Source: Lingula anatina (Eukaryota > Animalia > Brachiopoda). From it: a stretch of 64,000 bases of DNA. The stretch covers positions 18,786,001-18,850,000 of the forward strand of contig CM120642.1 of the NCBI GenBank assembly GCA_051362555.1. The letters are read 5' to 3'. Both the position numbers and the translations under genes were made by a program. Position 1 is the stretch's first letter. Every line of letters starts with the position of its first letter. This document shows, piece by piece, positions 51,301-64,000 of this stretch. The notes under the pieces were generated by a model. The model worked only from the letters and a program-made list of their open reading frames with translations, did no database searches and was not told where the DNA came from.

Positions 51301-52998
51301 ACCCCAAAAATGTTTTCATTGTTCAAAAAAGTACACAGCAGCCTTTTTCCACAGCAGCTGAACAAATAAATGATTTCTTGATGATCTTGCCTATGCAATA
51401 GAAAGTCTTATTCTGTGAATTGCAATTCTTTCATTTCTGACCACCCCATCTTGGGTCAAACAGAATCAAGAATATCTGCCACTCTGCCATTTGTTAGTTT
51501 AGACTGGTTTAGCACAAAATCAATAGTTTAAGTCGGAAGAAAATGAACTGTCTGACCTCCATGCTCCACACAAAAAGCCACATGTAATCATAATTGTGGA
51601 TTTAAAAAAATTGGATGAATTCCGACGGATGAATTATTACTTTCAGAAGATGAGACAAAATTTTTCTTAAGAGTTTGAAATTACGTTTCACGAGGTCATG
51701 AAGTTCAGAGCTGTTCTTTAATGATGCATATTCTGTTACACCATCACTTCTTTAACATCCATTAGAAAAGTAGTCCCATTTAATCTGAATCAGTCAGTTC
51801 TGGGGAGAAACACGACTGACCTTTAACTTCACGTCAAAGTTTGACCGATTGAATCAAAATCTTCATTTAAGAAATAGATATAATGTGATTTTGATGTTAC
51901 ATTATATCACTGCCATGGCAACAATTTTCGTAAGATGTAGCTTCTGTCCCTAGCCATACAACTTTAGTTCCAAAGGGACACTGGCCAATATTTTGCTGTC
52001 GATGACATTTGATATAATGGTCACTAAGGCCTCGTTTGCATATCTGATTGTGACGTCCACGTCAAGACCCGACTGTCTGAATTGAAATCTTCATTTGAGA
52101 AAAAAAAAGAGATAAAGTGATTTTGATGTTTTATCACATAACTGCCATGGCATCAATTTTCTCAAGACACTGTATTTGTCTTTTAATCTACGACTCAAGA
52201 TCCGTTGGGAAAAAAAATCCCAATATTTTGAAGCCAATAGCCTTTGATGTAATGGTCACTTGGGCTTGGTTTGAATAAAGTTAGATTAAAGACTCAAACT
52301 GACATAAGCTAATCATTATGAGCCCTATAGCTATCAGTGTCATTTGGGGGGGGGGGGGGGGGGTTAAAAAGAGGACTTTTTTTACCATAATGGCAAAGAA
52401 CTTAGATCAGATTGTAATTCAGAGCAGACCCTCACAGCCAAAAGGGCAGTTTGTTCAAATTTCAATTGGCCATTTTTTTTTGGGGGGGGGGGGGGGGGGG
52501 GGGGGGGACGAGGGGGGAATGAATAAAAGAAAAATAAAAATCAATTTTCAGCCCAGCACCTGATACAGGTAGATAGCCATCAAAATACATTTTTTGCTGA
52601 CAACTAAGGGTACATTACAGTCAGTTGAGATTCCTTCATTCCAGAGTGCTGAGCAACCAAAACTAATCACCACCTTGGGTTGCTAAAGCTTGCTGATGCA
52701 CTATCTGATAACAATCCATCTCTGTTGCCTTTTGAAATTTTTCCTTTTTTTTTCCTTTTTTTTCTGGCAACCTAGCAAATCCTATTTTGAAAACACTGGC
52801 CAGATTTCTCTTTAATTAAAATAATCACAGCCAAACTCACACCAAACCAGTACTAACCAGAAGTCAAAGATACTTAACCATGATTGAAAACATGCACATG
52901 TATTTACGCTCAACTATTGGCTCAACTTCGAAGACATCCTTCCTAGCTGAAATTTGCCACCTATAAACACCATCCAGCTTTCAAAAATTTACAAAATG

Positions 52999-53037
<39 letters not shown>

Positions 53038-56000
53038 TACCGCATCCTTTGTACAAAATTAGAATGGTGTCATGCGAATGGTGTCGAGTAGTATATTGGG
53101 TTGACCTCTGCAAACATATAAGACCAAATGGGAAAATGCATGTTCAGCTATTGGGTGGTAAATTGGCCAAACCAAACAGGAACATCTTGGAGAGCATTGC
53201 AAATTCATCTTGAAGTTCCCTGGATGTGAAAACATAAATAATCAATTTTACTTAACTTTCTGCCAGTTCTGAAATGCATTCCCAGAGAGATTTGACCTTC
53301 TTCAGAAAGTGTATTGAAGAGTTATATGTAATTATTTTCGAAATTGTGTGATAAAACAATTGGCACCACCTGTAATGGTAGTCAAAAGATTCTTAGCAGC
53401 AATAAACAGAACTCAATTTGTGTGCTGAATCATTTCAGTCCAACATATGCTTTCCAATAGCAAGTAAATCTTTATAATGGGCATTTCACCTCACTATCCA
53501 AGAAGCATTATAAATTATTCATTCAGAAGAGACAGCAACTGAGGCAAATCGGCACACTAATATCCAAGTATAATCTAACTAAAGCAGCAAATTGGGAGTC
53601 CAGATACTGGTAATGAAAGACACATTGAATTACAGATGTAATTTGATATAATTCAAAATGCTTATTTAATCTTCTCATCCAATGAAGCCAATGACAATGT
53701 AATAAAATGGAGAATCGATGATTAATTTGTAACAACATAATCAAAAAGGTTTGAATTTTTGAAATATGACGCAAAATGCCATTATTCAATGACTGACTGT
53801 CGCATAAAAACCCCAATGAAAAATCGTGGAAATTTAACTTATATATGTCTGTCATTTCTCTTAAAGTCACAAGTATCACCTAAATTGAGACTTATGAAAA
53901 TACTAAACTGTTATTCTTTTCAAATATTTGATCTTGTTGGTCATCTGTGTAAGACTGGTCAAGGGTATCATGTTTAACACAAGGACTGGTCATCGATCAA
54001 TAGCAACTTCATGTAAACTGACCTGGCCCACTGCAAACATTTTAATGGTCTGGTCAATTTTTTTACTGCAAGAAAACCTCTCTACTTATTTCATGGGCAA
54101 ATTAAAACATGTCAACAATGTATTAGACTTATCCAGCTGTTTGACCTTTTCCTGGGCTAAAAAGCTGAATTTGAAGAGAAAATGAAGTCTTGTTCTCTGG
54201 TTTTAAAATAACATTTTTCCTGTTAAAATTCAGAAACCTGTTTCATATGAAAATTTTATCTCTCTGATATGAATAATTCTTATAATTATTTTTTACTGAC
54301 TTTTATTTCCAACTACAGAAAAAAAAAAACACTTTGCATTGACAACCATATTCAGCTTTTTTTCCAAGTATGTTTTCAAACTGTAAATAAACCAAGGTCA
54401 AATCTCGGGATCTCCAATAGACCACCTCAACTACAATTGCATCTCTGTGGGCTTTATTTTCCACAAATTGCAAAAAATTTCCCTCCTCCAGTGCTATAAG
54501 CATAATTATGGAAAACGAGGTGCAATAAAATCCTCATTTTTCTTTCTGAAACACCTGTCTCATTTACAAAAGGTTCTATGTCACCACAAGCAGTCTGTCA
54601 CTTTCTTGTCCAGCACCCTAGAGCACAGTGCTATTGTACAAAGCTAAATCATGACAATGAAAAAAATTATTTCTACCAGTGAAAGGTCTTTCACATAAAC
54701 CAAGGACAATAAATGCTGTGATAACAAGCAGTGGAAAGAATGGTTTTGTATTGTTCCATATCAAACACTACATATACAAGAATGAGACAATTTACATACA
54801 AACAATTGGCTAGCTGAATAAAAGAATGCAGCTAAATGAAGGTGAACTTCTGCTGAGCTGGTGGCCACATGGTTACTACTACATCTTGTGAAAACAATAC
54901 AGAAGTTTTACAAGACAATACAGAAGTTTTACATTGCCTGAGAACAGTCCCAAACAACCTTGATATTCTACCATTATGACTTTTTCTCTTTTTGCGTGCT
55001 CTTTCGTGTGACAAAAATCTGTGCATGTGGCAGATAGCCAAGTGTCTATATGTGTGATACAGCGGTGTTTTCATCTCCAACTGTGCTACAAAATGTAACA
55101 AAAACAAATTCCCAGTGTGACACCAGTGCTTCTCCACCTTTCTGCATTTGTTCTTTATTTTCTACAAAGCCACAGGGGGTCAATCCATCATTTTTGGTTC
55201 GAGACATGTGAAAAGGTAGGTTTCTTTTTACTCCCCTCCAAACTTTACCACAAGATTTGTTTCAGCTATTAGTTTTTCAAAGAAAATAAAAGACTCAGTA
55301 TGAAAACTTCTATAAATGTCAACCACAGGTACTGGCAACATTTGTTTTTTTCCAAATAAAGCCCAGGCTGTGATGCATGTATTGGTTTACCATTTTCCAA
55401 TTTATACGCTTGAAGGCACAGATCACCGTTTCAACCTTTATTTTCACTTTTTATTTCACTTATTTTCATTTTTGTTCAGGGGGGTTATTGATTTTTCAGC
55501 TTAATCTACAAAATGTTACTTCATCCTAGAAGCAATTAACTGCCATTTTTCCACTAATGTTTATTTCATCTTTGAAGGGTACTTTCCTCCTCTTGGCCAA
55601 TGAAAATCTTTGGATCTGCAATGCTGCTTGATTTGGGGGCATTTTGTGAGGTGTTGCATCACTATTCACTGTATGAAGTCAAATGAAGACATCATTTTTG
55701 TTTAAAGGTTCCTAATTACTGACTGTAAAAGAGGCCTTGCATATAAAACGCTATGTGTGTGGGTCAAAAAAGGAAAAAAAAATCTTAAGTGGTTTCATTA
55801 AAGAAAAATGATGCAAATTTGTATCTTCCAACTTTGACAGTGACTGCCATGACAATATCATATCAGCTTTCATGGGCTGTATACCTTGCTGCTCCAATCC
55901 AGCTGTAATTTTCTTCTGAAATAACAGGATTTTATACAGGCGACATGCACACTTTGCCACCATGAGTTGTCCACCTCTCTGGGTGGCCTACGTCAGTGGT

Positions 56001-58794
56001 TTAAAAAAACAAGGCCAATACAAAGTTAGTTTTTCTAAAATCAATCTAATAGTATTGTAACTTTTAGAAACATTTCCTGGGATAAAAACTAAGAAGTCAG
56101 TGATGCTAAGGAGACAAAATTCAGTGGAAATGGTGATTGTTTCTTTTCCTCCTATATAACTATCCTGAAAAGTTTATAATAATTTGCAAGGAACTTTCTG
56201 AGATCTCATGTCCACTATAAACAACCAACATTGATGAAAACATACTAACCTCCCATTCTAAATTCTACCTTTGATCCTGCAGATTCTCACTGGATTTGAC
56301 AGATAATGCATAGAAACATTTAAACAAAGTACAAAAATAATACAAATCAATACTACTGCCGCAGCAGAATCACTTTGGACTTCAATCAGTGCCGTAATGA
56401 GAGCTTAAAAAGATGGCTGCCTTCCTGGACTCTCAATTATTAGCTGTGGGCTAAATTACATTTCTCTCGCAAATTCTCTATTTATTTTCCAAAGGTCACT
56501 GCAATTTTCTACATTTTTTTCTCTCTCTCTTGAGCTCCCTTTTACCACCATCTTCAATGTTGGCAAGCAATGCTATGTTCATACCTTTAAACAAACAGCA
56601 GGAGTGATCTTAAAGAGACTAGGGATCATTTCAGCAGAATACCCACTTTTTTTCAATATATACAATCAGTGGTTACCTACGCACATTGGCAAGATATCAA
56701 AAGAATCTTTTCTAAATCAACAGCAGACTTGTTGCATATAAAACACAGCTGTAAAAATAACTTTGAATTTAAGACAATATCTTTGCCGAACCAACACGAA
56801 GGTGAACCCTCTATATTCTCCCATCTTTTATCCTTGTTCCTCAATGCTCTTGGGGTTTCTTCATAACAAATACTGTATGAAAAATGTGATCAAGGGGTAT
56901 ACAGCTTAAGTCGATTGCATTGCTTCATGCTGAAATATCAGCCTGAGATATAATGATCAATTTCTGACCAACAGTGATCTAAATCTGCTGATTACTGGTT
57001 AAAAATCCGTTCAGCTTATGTGCAATATAATTAGAGCAAGACAACTTTGAACCAGGCATGCTCTAAATATCTATTCCATGTTAACATGCTCGAGGTGAGC
57101 TGGAAATAACACACCTGTTTCTCTCTCACCTGTTCGTGTGATCACCTGGGCCCCCCACACACATCTATCAACAGACTGTAGAATATTGCTGGGATCATAG
57201 GGGCCCAAATAGCCATATATTATATTAAGTCAAATCAGGGAGACAAAGAACTGCTTTATTTTCATATTCAAGATGTTTTTTTTTTCATATTCAACTTCCA
57301 TGTCAACATTATTTCCTGTTTTTTTTTTGTTTTTTTTAAATTTCTATCTTACTTGCATAACTGCACTACACAGTCAAACTTTAAACAGGTTACCATGGTA
57401 ACACCCTGGTAAGACCAAGAGAAAAGTATTAAAATATTACCAAAAGCAAGTAATGACAGTATTTTCTGCAAATTTCAGCCAGGTCACACACAAATACATA
57501 AAATATGAATACATATGGAAACTTTTCAAGCAAATATTCCCCACAGTTTGCAATAAAAATAACTAAATAAAAAAGAGTTTAACTGACAATATATTCATGA
57601 TTTTTTTAAAACTACCTTTCACAATAAAATTTCCCTCACAGCAAAAACACATCCCATTTACCTCATTGAGGGTGGGCAAAAATGTACCCTTCTTCTGGTT
57701 TCTAATGCTAGTGGGCAGTGTAAACATTTACATCCACTAATAACCTTTCATATTTGATTTATTTTATAATCAATTCTCTTCCATCAAGTGCCCTTTCTTT
57801 GATCTTACTGGGCCCAGTCTTGGTGACCTGTGGTCATCCCCTGTCTCTGACCAAATGTCACTGACCTTTGGTCAAAAATTACAGTCAACAGGTGAGGTAT
57901 TGTAATGTGTAAGAAAGGTATTAGGGAGACGAATGATGTCTCAGCAAGAAATGAACTTCTGTTTGACCACTACAATAACTGTGGTTCAATAAAAAGGTGT
58001 CAGAATGATTGATCATTTATTCTGCAAGGGAGAAAATTTAAAAACAACAGGCATGTCATTGTGACAGGTGTTAAACACGGAAAAAGTTCCTGTAATGAAT
58101 AATTTCACAGCAGTAACCTAGTCCCAATTCAATACCATAAAGGAAATCTAATGAATTCTAAGCATATTTCTGACTTATCCTGACATTTTCATAAAAACTC
58201 TCCAAATTAGGCTTTTTACTAGCAAACCAACAAAGGCAAAAAACAAACCTATAACCCTCTTGACGGAGGCAAAAAAATGTACAAGTCAGACTTCCTTTTA
58301 AGTCATCATGACCCAGACAAAAAGATACCATATCCCTTACCTTTTGGTTTGGAAAAAAACAAACATATCTTACGTATCAACTGACAAGTAAACAATACAT
58401 GTATGATATCATATTCTTAACCTTTGAGAGAAAAATATAGTATTTGTATCAAATGATAAGTAAACAAGCTATCTATGACACCTTAATCACATTTCCTGTC
58501 CACGGTCTGATGATACTGTGGTCACTTTAGCCATGTTCTCAACTGGTTAAACTCAAACTGGTATTGGTCTAATCGCCATCACACGTCAACTTGACTGCTA
58601 AACAGGACATTTTAAATCCCAAGATGTCATGGATATATTTCCTTCTTAAAAAATAACTAATTTAAAAAATCTAATCAACACATCACATGAACTTCTTTTG
58701 AGAAGATCTGGCAACTATAAATTTGGACCTATAACTTGAAATGTACAAATGCACAGAATTGCTTTAAATTAGGTACAAGTAAATGAAAATCTGC

Positions 58795-58860
<66 letters not shown>

Positions 58861-59330
58861 CAAGACAACAACTGCATCTGCTGGAAGAGTCAGCAAATTC
58901 ACATATCAGAAATCACACACGTTTATTAAAAATCTGATAGCAATTTACATGACTGTAATTGCAAAATGTCATCAAGGAGTCTAAAACCACTTGTTCCTGC
59001 TGGCTTTTTTCAAGTCATCGATTGTTCTTTTGTAAGCCACCCAGAAGCACTAAGTAACTCCCATGTCTCACTCCTACACTGATGATACACTCGGAAATGC
59101 ATTCCTCTTTAATGCAAAAGTCAATTTGTCATAGAAACTGATTTTTATCCCAAAGTCAATGTTTCCTGTATATATTCAACCCACTCGTGTAAAAAAAAAA
59201 AAAAAAACAGCTGCCGAAAACTGAAGAATTCTCACCAAAATTAGACAAACCACATCTTTGATAAAATGTTATTAATTAGTTATTTAAACTGCTCCCAGTA
59301 AAATATTTCTTCCCTTCATTATCCTAATGA

Positions 59331-59366
<36 letters not shown>

Positions 59367-62300
59367 CTTTGGTTGGACTTGTAATTTGCTTTCATCATTG
59401 TACGCCTGTCTCAATCAAGAACAACATCAAATACACTCCAGAAACAGATGCCAAAGAAAGGAAAATAATGCTGGGTTTATTCATCCTTTCACACCCTAAC
59501 AAATTCATAACACCACAGCAATTTAGATATTGAATCTGTGGCCCATAGTCCACAGCATGGCTATCAGGCCACTTCTGATGGAGAGGCAGGAAACCGAACA
59601 GAGGAACATTCATTCTGAGAAATCCATATTCGTCTGTGGAAACATTAAGCTATTATTTACACACACGTTAGCATTTAGCCTATAAAATACAACCTGTTAG
59701 CTAAAACATCTGCGCCGCCTACAGTGTTTTAGTGCTCGGGCTATAAAGGCCACTTTGTAGACCCAAGTCATAAAACCTATTGCAGTCTCTTGTTTTTTAT
59801 AAGACTCGGCAGCTTTATGATGTTAGCTCTCTTTGTCATCCATATTCCAAGTTTAACTTAAAAGCCATTGCCTAAGTGTTTCTGAAAATGCTTTAGTGAT
59901 AAAGAGAATCCACTTAAAAAAAAAAAAAGAAGTAATAAAAACTGCTCCAAGTTAATGGCTTTACTAGACATATTTATCACTATATAGACCAGCCCTGTGG
60001 GCATATCAAATGCTATATTACTTCTTTCATATTTGTGGCCAAATAATGCGGTCAACCAAAATTCTCACCTATATTTTCAGTAGTTGCATTTAGGGAGAGC
60101 CGTACTAAAATAAGGAAAATTTGTTTAACCTTTTTCCCTTTTTCTTCAAACTTTGATTACAGGTAATTTAGTTATTTTGTCAAAATACGTCTTCATAAAT
60201 ATGGTAATGATGGGTAATAAAATGTTTTTGTGTGTTCACAAAAATTGGTGGCTAGAGGGAAGGGTGTTATTTGGTTATAAAAGTGGGCAATATTTCCAGA
60301 GCCTTTTGTTGTATAATTTACTAGCACAAGATAATGGTAGTTATTTGTGACAAAAATTGTCCACAGATCTTCAGAGAGAGAGAATGTAATAAGTGAAGTT
60401 TCAGATTTCAAAAGTGTTGAGGTCATGCAACAAGAAAACCTTTTTTTTTTTTTAATAAGAAAATGATTTTCTCTACGAAATGTGATGTGAAAAGTCTGGA
60501 GAAAACAAACACCAAATTTTCAAGTTTCTAAAAACTTTCCAAATACTAGTACATGATTTTTAAAATAATTCTAAAAATATTGACTGTTATACTGTTGTAC
60601 CATCAGTGTTTCAGGAAACCAAAAGAAAAAATTCTAGCCCAAAATGCCTTATTTCTCAATTCTTTCACTGATTGTATTTTCCAAGTCTTCCTCTTCTTCA
60701 AACTACGTAACACAAACAACATGTTTCCCTTGTAAAATTCTGAGAGAAAAGAAAAGCTACCAAGTTCAGGGGTTGCAAGAACTGACAAAACTCATCTGTG
60801 CCCTAATGATAAAACAGCATGTTGTAATAAAAGATACACAATGAAACCTGCTGATTACGTTTATAAAAACAACCAAGGAAGAGCCATGCTGGTTTTGATC
60901 TTTTGACTGTGGATATCCTAGCTTTTTTTTTTATCACTACCTTTATCATTTTAACAGAACAAATAAACAAAGTGATATAACATACAAGTGTTTTCCTTTT
61001 TTTTTTTGTAAAGCAGCATTTTTACAGTTAGCTATGTCAACTTGTATGTCTACAGAAACAGAAACAAATCTGTGGTCCTTGCAACCAAACCATATGCTCC
61101 CATATCAACATTATTTTAAGCACAGCAACTTCAATGATGTATATATATTCACCAAAAATATACATTTCTACAAATGTGAATAAGTATAAACATAAAAACT
61201 AAACACAAAATTTCATCAAAGTGAAAAAAAAATCCATAGCACTAACCTCTTTGTGGCCTTCAAATGCAGCCATATGCAGTGGTGTCAGGCCAGCGTTGTC
61301 ACGATGGAGCTCATCCAGGCCACGGTCCAGCAGCTCTTGGACCACTTCCACGTTTCCCTGGGCACAGGCAATGCTCAGGACAGTGCGGCCCTCTGGGTCT
61401 ATGGTGTCAATGGCGGCCCCGAAGAACAACAACAGGCTGACCACCTTGGCATGTCCCATGGATGCGGCAGCCAGGAGAGGCGTGCGACCATTGTTGTCTG
61501 TGTGGTCTACGTCAGCGTCATTTTCCAGGAGGAGCTCACATACCTCATGGTGACCCTCATAGGCTGCCACGAGGACAGGGGTCATTCCATCCTTGTCCTG
61601 GTGGTCAACTTCGGCCCCATAGTCCAGTAACAAACTGACCACGCTGGCATGGAGACCGCCCTGACTGGCAGGAATACACAGTGCTGCCACAGACAATGCC
61701 GTCCGCCCATCGCAATCCTCCTGGTTCAGGTTCGCCCCATGTTCTAGCAAGTGTTGCACTATTTCTGTATGGCCCATATATGACGCAGCAATCAATGCAG
61801 TCCGGCCTTCATTATCCACTTTGTTTACATCAGCACCATATTCGAGTAACTTGAGCACAATGTCTTCGTGTCCGCCCCACGCTGCTGCCCGTAGCGCCGT
61901 GCGATTCTCGCTGTCTGCCAGATCCACCTGGGCACCTGCTATGAGGAGTAAACCCACCACTTCCGTATGTCCACCCCAGGCAGCTGACCTCAATGGCGTC
62001 CATCCTTCTGTGTCAGTATGATCCCCATTGGCTTGTGCTTTTATCAGAATTGAGACAATCTCACTGTGCCCCTGTCTGGCGGCTAAATTAAGGGCAGTCT
62101 GTCCAGTTTTGTCCATGGCCTCCAAATCAGCACCGCGTGAAATCAACAGCTGCACCATGGCTATGTTCCCCTGATGGGCGGCGGCACACAGGAGAGGCCT
62201 CCCCGTGGCGTCTACCTCATTAATCCCAACCCCATTCTCCACCAGCTCCTTCAATGATTCCGACTTTTTCTTCTCCTGCTTTTCAATCTTTTCAAGAGTT

Positions 62301-63739
62301 GCTGATGTGCTTTCCTCAGCTGACTTTGGCAGCTCTGCCCCAGCTTCCAACAGCAATTTTGTGACCTGTTGTTCCTTTGGTAAACCACCGGCCATTAGGC
62401 TGGTCTCAACAGGGGCACCAGACTGGATCAACCACAGGGGTAAATGAAATCCCTCTGTGGGAGCAACCAGGTGTGCTTTGCTCAAATGTAATGCTAAGTT
62501 GTGCACTTCTTCAGGTGATAGATGGGGCGCAGTGAGAGTGAGATTCATTGCCAGCATCCCGTGACCTTCAGCCGCATTGCACAGATATTTCTGAGTGCAG
62601 TGTTTCACATCCAGTAACCACTCGGCAAAACTATGGTGAAAGAGAATTTTGGTTCCCTCCTGCCCACTGAAGATGATTTTGGACAGGGCTTCCATTCTGC
62701 TGTGAAATTCATCTACGTTCAAAGTGGTATTACCAGTCCATACACTGCGGAATAGCTCCTCCTCTGTGAGAGGACTCCGGGCCGCAAGGATCACGTTCAG
62801 AATAGGCTGTACCTTTTGGAATTGCTTTTTTACGAAAAGTCTTTGACACAGCCACAGATAGAGTCCATTTAGAGTCCCAGGAATTTCCCTTATTTCACGA
62901 AGCATGATAAAACTTTCTGCTACCCCATCTAATACTTTTTCCAGGTAGAGAAAGCATCCGTTGCTTTTAATATGGAGCTGGTTGAGCATTTCTGCCGTCT
63001 CTCGACTAAGGTGCTGGCGTAACCCCTGCTCCTGATCAAGTCGGCACAAAATATACTGCTGAACGTCGCGCACAACATGCGACTTGCGCAGATCGTCCAG
63101 ACTTATCTTTCTGAACCCAGTAAACAGTCTTGTCACAGATTTACTCTGTTTTCGCGCAGAGCAAATCAACATCAGCCATGTTGGAAACAGCTGATGGTGA
63201 TTGGCTAAGAGTTCTGCGATAGTCTTACTTCCTGTTCCCGTATCATTGATAGACTGAAGATACGACTCATCAATGGAGTCCACCAAGATGAAAACATTTT
63301 GTGAAGGTGGTGGAATGGATAAAAGTGGGTCCAAAACTCCTTTTTTAAAAGCATCGTCAGGATTCACTTCGCAAGTCTCTCTCTTTAGAGCAGCTTTAAC
63401 ATCTGGCTCACTGATTACGTCCCTATATCCCTCTATTAAATCAGATTTTGAAATTTGGTCCACCAGGCTAAGAATGAAATTCGTCAAAGATAAAGTCTCA
63501 ATGTCATGGGCCTGGCAAAAATGGTACGCTAAAATCCTCTTGCTCAGGGCCTGCTGACGACCTTGACCCGTGGGCCACGTCATCTCCGCGCACACGGCCG
63601 TCTTTCCGCACCCAGGTCCTCCCATCATTAAGGCCCCGCATGTATTGGACGTTGATCTGCTGTCCAAGTAGTGCGTAATTTTGCTGAATGCCCATTCTCG
63701 GCAGAAGAACCGCCGTCCCTGGAGCAAGCAGGTTGTCAT
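48305..63739 (-). CDS. ANKRD50: Ankyrin repeat domain-containing protein 50-like (P-loop NTPase + ankyrin repeats + PDZ-binding tail), about 1423 aa
   Basis: Exons 63739-61247 (gag|gttagt) and 50083-48305 (ttcag|gtt) join as [11 protein letters not shown]|[10 protein letters not shown]-terminus [13 protein letters not shown], Walker A GGPGCGKT, Walker B-like FILVDSIDE, many ankyrin repeats, C-terminus KKETPL as in ANKRD50. An acceptor at 63761-63762 implies a further upstream exon, probably beyond the window. Confidence 0.95.
51828..52262 (+). repeat. Diverged tandem duplication, about 230-bp unit, in the ANKRD50 intron
   Basis: cacgtcaa...aaatcttcattt.agaaa...gtgattttgatgtt...actgccatggca.caatttt...ccaatattttg...tttgat.taatggtcact occurs twice. 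Confidence 0.8.
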
Positions 63740-64000
63740 GGCAACATTAGGCTAGACCAACTGTAAAAGAGAAGAGCAAAATCATTAAAGTAATGCGTTA
63801 AAATGTTTCAAGCATTGGAAGAGATGGTACATGCCAAAAACATTGCGATTCATGAAATACAGAATACAAAATATCTTATGAACTAAAAATTTGCTTGCAT
63901 TTGAAAGCAAGTACAATTTTCATAAATACTGAAACAGCATTATCAATAATTTACATATGGGAAGGGAGCATTATGAAGAACAACAATAATTCTATTATTT

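Noticed and set aside
61221-63695. Plus-strand and alternate-frame ORFs over ANKRD50
   Set aside because: Shadow ORFs of a long, relatively GC-rich coding exon, with no independent features.

Overview
AT-rich, intron-containing animal genomic DNA, probably an invertebrate such as a lophotrochozoan (taxon inferred only). Most ORFs in the track are spurious; I assembled genes by hand from splice sites and reading-frame phase. Genes found: (1) a 3-exon THAP zinc-finger/coiled-coil gene (- strand) head-to-head with a complete 7-exon GCLM gene (+), with only 118 bp between start codons. GCLM intron 1 has a full-consensus antioxidant response element, and intron 6 is GC-AG. (2) Two tandem rolling stone (rost)-like membrane protein paralogues (-), one complete and one divergent with no recognisable first exon. 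(3) An ANKRD50 orthologue (-) in two very large coding exons. The first 7.1 kb is the most unusual part. It has a canonical TATA/Inr promoter, ubiquitin-like sequence remnants, two decayed TDP-43 exon copies, and a higher-order tandem array in which each unit is exon-like and is separated by a 68-76 bp GT-AG mini-intron. Many MITEs, Helentron-like fragments and mini/microsatellites fill the rest. I found no CRISPR, rRNA or tRNA.
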